This document shows positions 60,328-64,000 of a stretch of DNA of 64,000 bases, piece after piece (the stretch's first letter is position 1; every line of letters begins with the position of its first letter). The translations under genes were made by a program, and so were the position numbers. The notes below the pieces were generated by a model. The model saw only the letters and a list, made by a program, of their open reading frames with translations. It ran no database searches and was not told where the DNA came from. Source of the DNA: an uncultured Burkholderiales bacterium. GTDB taxonomy: Bacteria > Pseudomonadota > Gammaproteobacteria > Burkholderiales > SG8-41. Location: assembly GCA_963924885.1 (NCBI GenBank), contig CAWUUY010000107.1, positions 7,302 to 71,301 of the forward strand, read 5' to 3'.

Positions 60328-60993
60328 TTAGAAAGAGTATCTGACGCCCAAGGCTAGGTTTTTTGCTTTGTAATCGTCAACCTTATATTGCGTATAGCTC
60401 AAATTGATGCCGACATTCTTATTTAGCTTGTAAGTGCTGCCTATGCCGATGTAAGTATCAGTACCTTTTTCTGTCGCGCTAGCACTTGCCCCGGCAGCAA
60501 CAGGAGTCCCGTTAAACGTTCCAGCAACCGTTGCTGATAGCGCTAATTTTGCTTCCCAGCGGTACCATCCCGCCCTTGCATTCACGGAAAACTGCTCGTT
60601 AATCGGGATAGTTAGTGTCGGCCCAAAGTAGAGGCCATCAACATCCGCACTCAATTTCGCAGCTCCTGTACCAACAAAGGTATTTCCACCTCTACGCACT
60701 GTTCCCGCACCCGTCCATGAGTAAGAAACTTCGCCAAGGTCTTGATAGCCTACTTCTATACCGAAATATTGATTTACTTGATAACCTCCACCCAAAGACC
60801 AGCTAGAAGCTGTGTCGTCCTTGGTGAGCCCTGCAATCGCGAAGCTCGGTATGTTGGCTTTTTGGCGACCAATGCTTGCATCAACGTAGATCCCTTCCCC
60901 TGCGGCAAACGCGGTAGCGCTTATCAATGCCGCACTTGCTATACACCCTGCCGCCGCCATTGCTCTGATCATAGATTTCATTTTCTGCCTCAT
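60328..60993 (-). CDS. small beta-barrel outer-membrane protein (OmpA-like/OMP_b-brl)
   Basis: Signal peptide (ATAFAAG), alternating beta-strand pattern, C-terminal ..GVRYSF. AT-richer than its neighbours. The start may be ATG 60981. Confidence 0.75.
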   Translation of the reverse strand: MRQKMKSMIRAMAAAGCIASAALISATAFAAGEGIYVDASIGRQKANIPSFAIAGLTKDDTASSWSLGGGYQVNQYFGIEVGYQDLGEVSYSWTGAGTVRRGGNTFVGTGAAKLSADVDGLYFGPTLTIPINEQFSVNARAGWYRWEAKLALSATVAGTFNGTPVAAGASASATEKGTDTYIGIGSTYKLNKNVGINLSYTQYKVDDYKAKNLALGVRYSF

Positions 60994-61187
60994 GTTTATC
61001 GAACGTTAATTGAGGAATCTTGCCACTGTTGGCCAGCCGACGACCAAATCCTATTGATTTGAAGTCAGGACAGGCCAAGTGTAGGTGGGGGGGGATGTGT
61101 CAACCAAGGGAACCGTAATTGCCGCTAACAAATGACGGAAGTATTTTATTTGCAACAAAACGGTGTATTTTCTGCTAATTCACTCCT

Positions 61188-62597
61188 TTACCGCCCATGC
61201 ACCCACCGCAATAGCGCATCCTGCACTGCGTTGCCGTTGAACGAATTCGCGTGGTTGATAAGCATCACCACCGCCACGCGGCGGCCTTTGGCGTCAAGCA
61301 CGTAACCGCCTAGCGCGCGCACACCGCTTAACAATCCTGTCTTGATGTGGGCTTGGCCTGCAACGCCGGTGTTGGTCAATCGCCGGTATACGGTGCCGTC
61401 CACGCCGACCAGTGGCATCGAGGCGATGAACTCCGGCATCACCGGGCTGCGGTAGGCGGCTTGCAGCATTTGTCCGAGGTCGTGCGCGCTGACGCGCTCG
61501 ATGCGCGACAGGCCCGATCCGTTTTCGATCACTAGTTGTGGCATGAGCAGGCCGCGGCTGGTGAAGAGCTGCTGCACCGCGCGTGCGCCGCGGTCGGGGG
61601 TCGCCGCGCCGCCTGCCGCCGCGCCTATCGTCAGTAACAACTGCCGCGCCATCACGTTGTTGCTGTACTTGTTGATGTCGCGCACGATTTCCGACAGGGC
61701 CAGCGAGCGTTGGCTGACCAGTTTGACCGAGTTGGCGTTGACATCGCCGTCGCGCACGCGGCCATTAAACACTCCGCCGAGATCGCGCCACAGGTGCTGG
61801 AACAAGCCGCCCACATAAGCGTTGTGTCCGAGCACGCTGTAGTAATTGGCCTGTTCGCCACAGGCGCGCGGGTACGCCCCGGCTAAGGTGATGCGTGCGG
61901 TATCGCCGGTGTCCTGCACCTGGGTTTTGATGCGGTTTATCCACATGCCGCACTCGCCCTCGCCCAGCTTGAGGTTGTTGATGATTTGAAGTTGCGGCAG
62001 CGGTGGGTCGACAGCGATGCGCACACCGTTGCCTTGCGCTTCGGGCGCGAAGGTGAGGGTGAAGGTTTTAAAGTTGGTGAGCAGCGCGTCGGGCGTAGTG
62101 TTGTAGGGCTGCGTGGGTTCATTGTCAAAGCGGCCCGGTTCGGGATGGTCGTTAGTGAAAAGGCGGCGATCGAGCAGCAGATCGCCGCGAATTTCGCGCA
62201 CGCCTTTGGCGCGCAGCGCACGCAGCAGCATCCAGAAATGTTCGATGGCGAATTTCGGGTCGCCGCCGCCTTTGATGATGAGGTTGCCGACCAGCACGTC
62301 TTGCAGCATCACGCCTTCGGTGTAGATGTCGGTGCTCCACTGATGCGCGGGGCCGAGCAGTTCGAGGCCGGCGTAGGTGGTGACGAGTTTCATCACTGAG
62401 GCCGGGTTTAGCGGTTCCGCGGCGCGATGCGCGACGATGGGTTCGGCGGCGCCGATTTCCTGCACATAAACGCCGACGTTGGCTTCAGGAATGCCCGCCT
62501 TCGCCAACGCCTGCGCTACCGGCGGCGGCAGCTGTGCATGAGCGGCGCCGCACAAAAATATCAATAAAAACAAATAGATAATATGAGTTCGGGTCAC
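61188..62597 (-). CDS. dacB: D-alanyl-D-alanine carboxypeptidase/endopeptidase (PBP4)
   Basis: SVMKL (SxxK), GSGLS, KTG motifs. GTG start at 62597 gives a signal peptide; the longer listed ORF would overlap bioA. Confidence 0.88.
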   Translation of the reverse strand: MTRTHIIYLFLLIFLCGAAHAQLPPPVAQALAKAGIPEANVGVYVQEIGAAEPIVAHRAAEPLNPASVMKLVTTYAGLELLGPAHQWSTDIYTEGVMLQDVLVGNLIIKGGGDPKFAIEHFWMLLRALRAKGVREIRGDLLLDRRLFTNDHPEPGRFDNEPTQPYNTTPDALLTNFKTFTLTFAPEAQGNGVRIAVDPPLPQLQIINNLKLGEGECGMWINRIKTQVQDTGDTARITLAGAYPRACGEQANYYSVLGHNAYVGGLFQHLWRDLGGVFNGRVRDGDVNANSVKLVSQRSLALSEIVRDINKYSNNVMARQLLLTIGAAAGGAATPDRGARAVQQLFTSRGLLMPQLVIENGSGLSRIERVSAHDLGQMLQAAYRSPVMPEFIASMPLVGVDGTVYRRLTNTGVAGQAHIKTGLLSGVRALGGYVLDAKGRRVAVVMLINHANSFNGNAVQDALLRWVHGR

Positions 62598-62610
62598 GAG
62601 TGATGGGCTT

Positions 62611-63930
62611 TCAAGCGTTAATGAGTTCCAGCGTGCGCTGTGCCAGTAACGCGATTTCTTCGTCGCTGATGACATACGGCGGCATGAAATAAACGGTATT
62701 CCCGATCGGGCGCAGCAGCAGTTCTTTGCCGAGCGCTTGTTGGTGAAAATGGCGCGCGAACGCCGGGTCGTTGGTGTTGACCTCAAACGCCCAGATCATG
62801 CCGCTATTGCGAAAGTGCTTTACGCGCGGATGCGCGGCGAGGGCATGTGTCGCCAGGATGATGGCGGCGCTTTTGCCGCGATTGGTTTCGATCACGTTGT
62901 CGCGCTCGAAAATATCCAGTGTCGCCAGCGCGGCGCGGCAGGCCAGCGCGTTGCCGGTGTAGGAATGCGAATGCAGAAAGCCTCGCGCCACCTGATCGTC
63001 GTAGAACGCGGCGTAAACGGTGTCAGTGGCCATCACCACCGACAACGGCAAGTAACCGCCAGTGATGCCTTTGGACAAACACAAAAAATCGGGCGTGATA
63101 GCCGCCTGTTCGTGCGCGAAAAACGTGCCGGTGCGGCCGAAGCCGGTCATGATTTCGTCGGCGATCAGATGCACGCTGTAGCGGCTGCACAAGGCGCGCG
63201 CTTCGGTTAAGTAAGCGGCGTGGTACATCGCCATGCCGGTGGCGCCCTGCACCAGCGGTTCGACGATCAGCGCGGCGGTGGTGGCGTGATATTGTTCGAG
63301 ATGATGCTCCAGTGACTTCGCGGCGAGCAAGGCGTAATCGCGCGGCGATTCGCCGGCATCGGCCAGACGCCAATCGGGGCTTTGAACCTGGGTACTGGCG
63401 CGCAGCAGCGGCGAGTAGGTGTCCTTGAACAACGCCACGTCGGTGACCGACAGCGCGCCCAGGGTTTCGCCGTGGTAACTGCCCTGGAGGCTGACAAATT
63501 GCGTTTTGCCGGGCAGGCCGCTGTTGCGCCAATAATGAAAGCTCATTTTCAGCGCGATCTCCACCGCCGATGCGCCGTCGCTGCCGTAAAAACAGTGGCC
63601 GAGTTTGCCTCCGGTGAGCGCGGATAAGCGCTCCGACAATTCAACCACCGGCTCGTGCGTAAAACCCGCGAGCATCGTGTGTTCCAGCGTGTCGAGCTGA
63701 TCGCGCAGCGCGGCGTTGATGTGCGCGTTGCCATGGCCGAAAAGATTGACCCACCACGAACTCACCGCGTCGAGATAGCGCCCGCCATCAAAGTCATACA
63801 GCCAGCAGCCCTGCGCGCGTGCCACGGGAATGAGCGGCAACGACTCATGCTGCTTCATTTGCGTGCAGGGGTGCCACACTGCCGCGAGGCTGCGCCTTAG
63901 CAGCAGACTGTTGCGAGTGCTGGTTTGCAT
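62611..63930 (-). CDS. bioA: adenosylmethionine-8-amino-7-oxononanoate aminotransferase
   Basis: Class-III aminotransferase pattern (WHP.TQM, LIADEI.TGFGRTG, LSKG.TGGYLP). Confidence 0.92.
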   Translation of the reverse strand: MQTSTRNSLLLRRSLAAVWHPCTQMKQHESLPLIPVARAQGCWLYDFDGGRYLDAVSSWWVNLFGHGNAHINAALRDQLDTLEHTMLAGFTHEPVVELSERLSALTGGKLGHCFYGSDGASAVEIALKMSFHYWRNSGLPGKTQFVSLQGSYHGETLGALSVTDVALFKDTYSPLLRASTQVQSPDWRLADAGESPRDYALLAAKSLEHHLEQYHATTAALIVEPLVQGATGMAMYHAAYLTEARALCSRYSVHLIADEIMTGFGRTGTFFAHEQAAITPDFLCLSKGITGGYLPLSVVMATDTVYAAFYDDQVARGFLHSHSYTGNALACRAALATLDIFERDNVIETNRGKSAAIILATHALAAHPRVKHFRNSGMIWAFEVNTNDPAFARHFHQQALGKELLLRPIGNTVYFMPPYVISDEEIALLAQRTLELINA

Positions 63931-64000
63931 TCAGGGCCTGGATGTACTAAAACTTTCGCCAACGCTCAGGGAGGATAAAAACTTCATTCATACATTTTGC

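Noticed and set aside
62555-62590. AT-rich stretch TCTATTTGTTTTTATTGA resembling the intergenic element
   Set aside because: It lies inside the dacB signal-peptide coding region (HIIYLFLLIFL). The similarity is probably a by-product of Leu/Ile/Phe codons.

Overview
High-GC chromosomal segment with betaproteobacterial-type gene content and order. All homology calls come from reading the supplied translations against remembered family motifs; no searches were run. Most of the window is conserved housekeeping backbone: hemF, purD-purH-fis-dusB, ubiH-pepP, murU-amgK divergent from lptD-surA-pdxA-rsmA, gloA, rubredoxin, thiD-thiE, hemL, cytochrome c4, engB, hemB, mrcA divergent from pilMNOPQ-aroK-aroB-dgt, ridA-recG, ubiC-ubiA ... 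ubiD, dacB and bioA. Four regions look accessory. (1) About 7.9 kb directly 3' of tRNA-Ala(CGC) (about 1404-9297) is an integrase-less mosaic island. It carries a DUF839/PhoX fragment, brnTA, a 5'-truncated Fic gene with a degenerate motif, a RhuM remnant, a helical protein plus a truncated archaeo-eukaryotic-primase (AEP) conflict-system gene, and an SOS-boxed umuD-umuC-(DEDDh exonuclease::GIY-YIG) operon. (2) A Bug/TTT-transporter-linked catabolic cluster (43.0-50.5 kb) contains a single-Cys arylmalonate-decarboxylase-like enzyme, a cupin, a flavoprotein, DUF1993, paired acyl-CoA dehydrogenases and a Bug gene killed by an in-frame TAA. (3) An AT-richer orphan cassette between recG and ubiC encodes a uracil-DNA-glycosylase-fold protein and is bracketed by GTAGGTTGGGC-type REP/MITE-like hairpin repeats. 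(4) A Bug-DUF1446-DUF4387 triad is wedged between ubiA and ubiD. An AT-rich element (core TAAGTATTTGTTTTTAAACA) recurs in at least five intergenic spots; two identical 20-nt copies bracket a 4.2-kb block of cluster 2. I saw no rRNA, CRISPR array, transposase or integrase. The best candidates for something new are the decayed AEP-primase module, the SOS umuDC+exonuclease/GIY-YIG operon, the UDG-fold orphan cassette and the recurrent AT-rich element. None can be proven from sequence alone.
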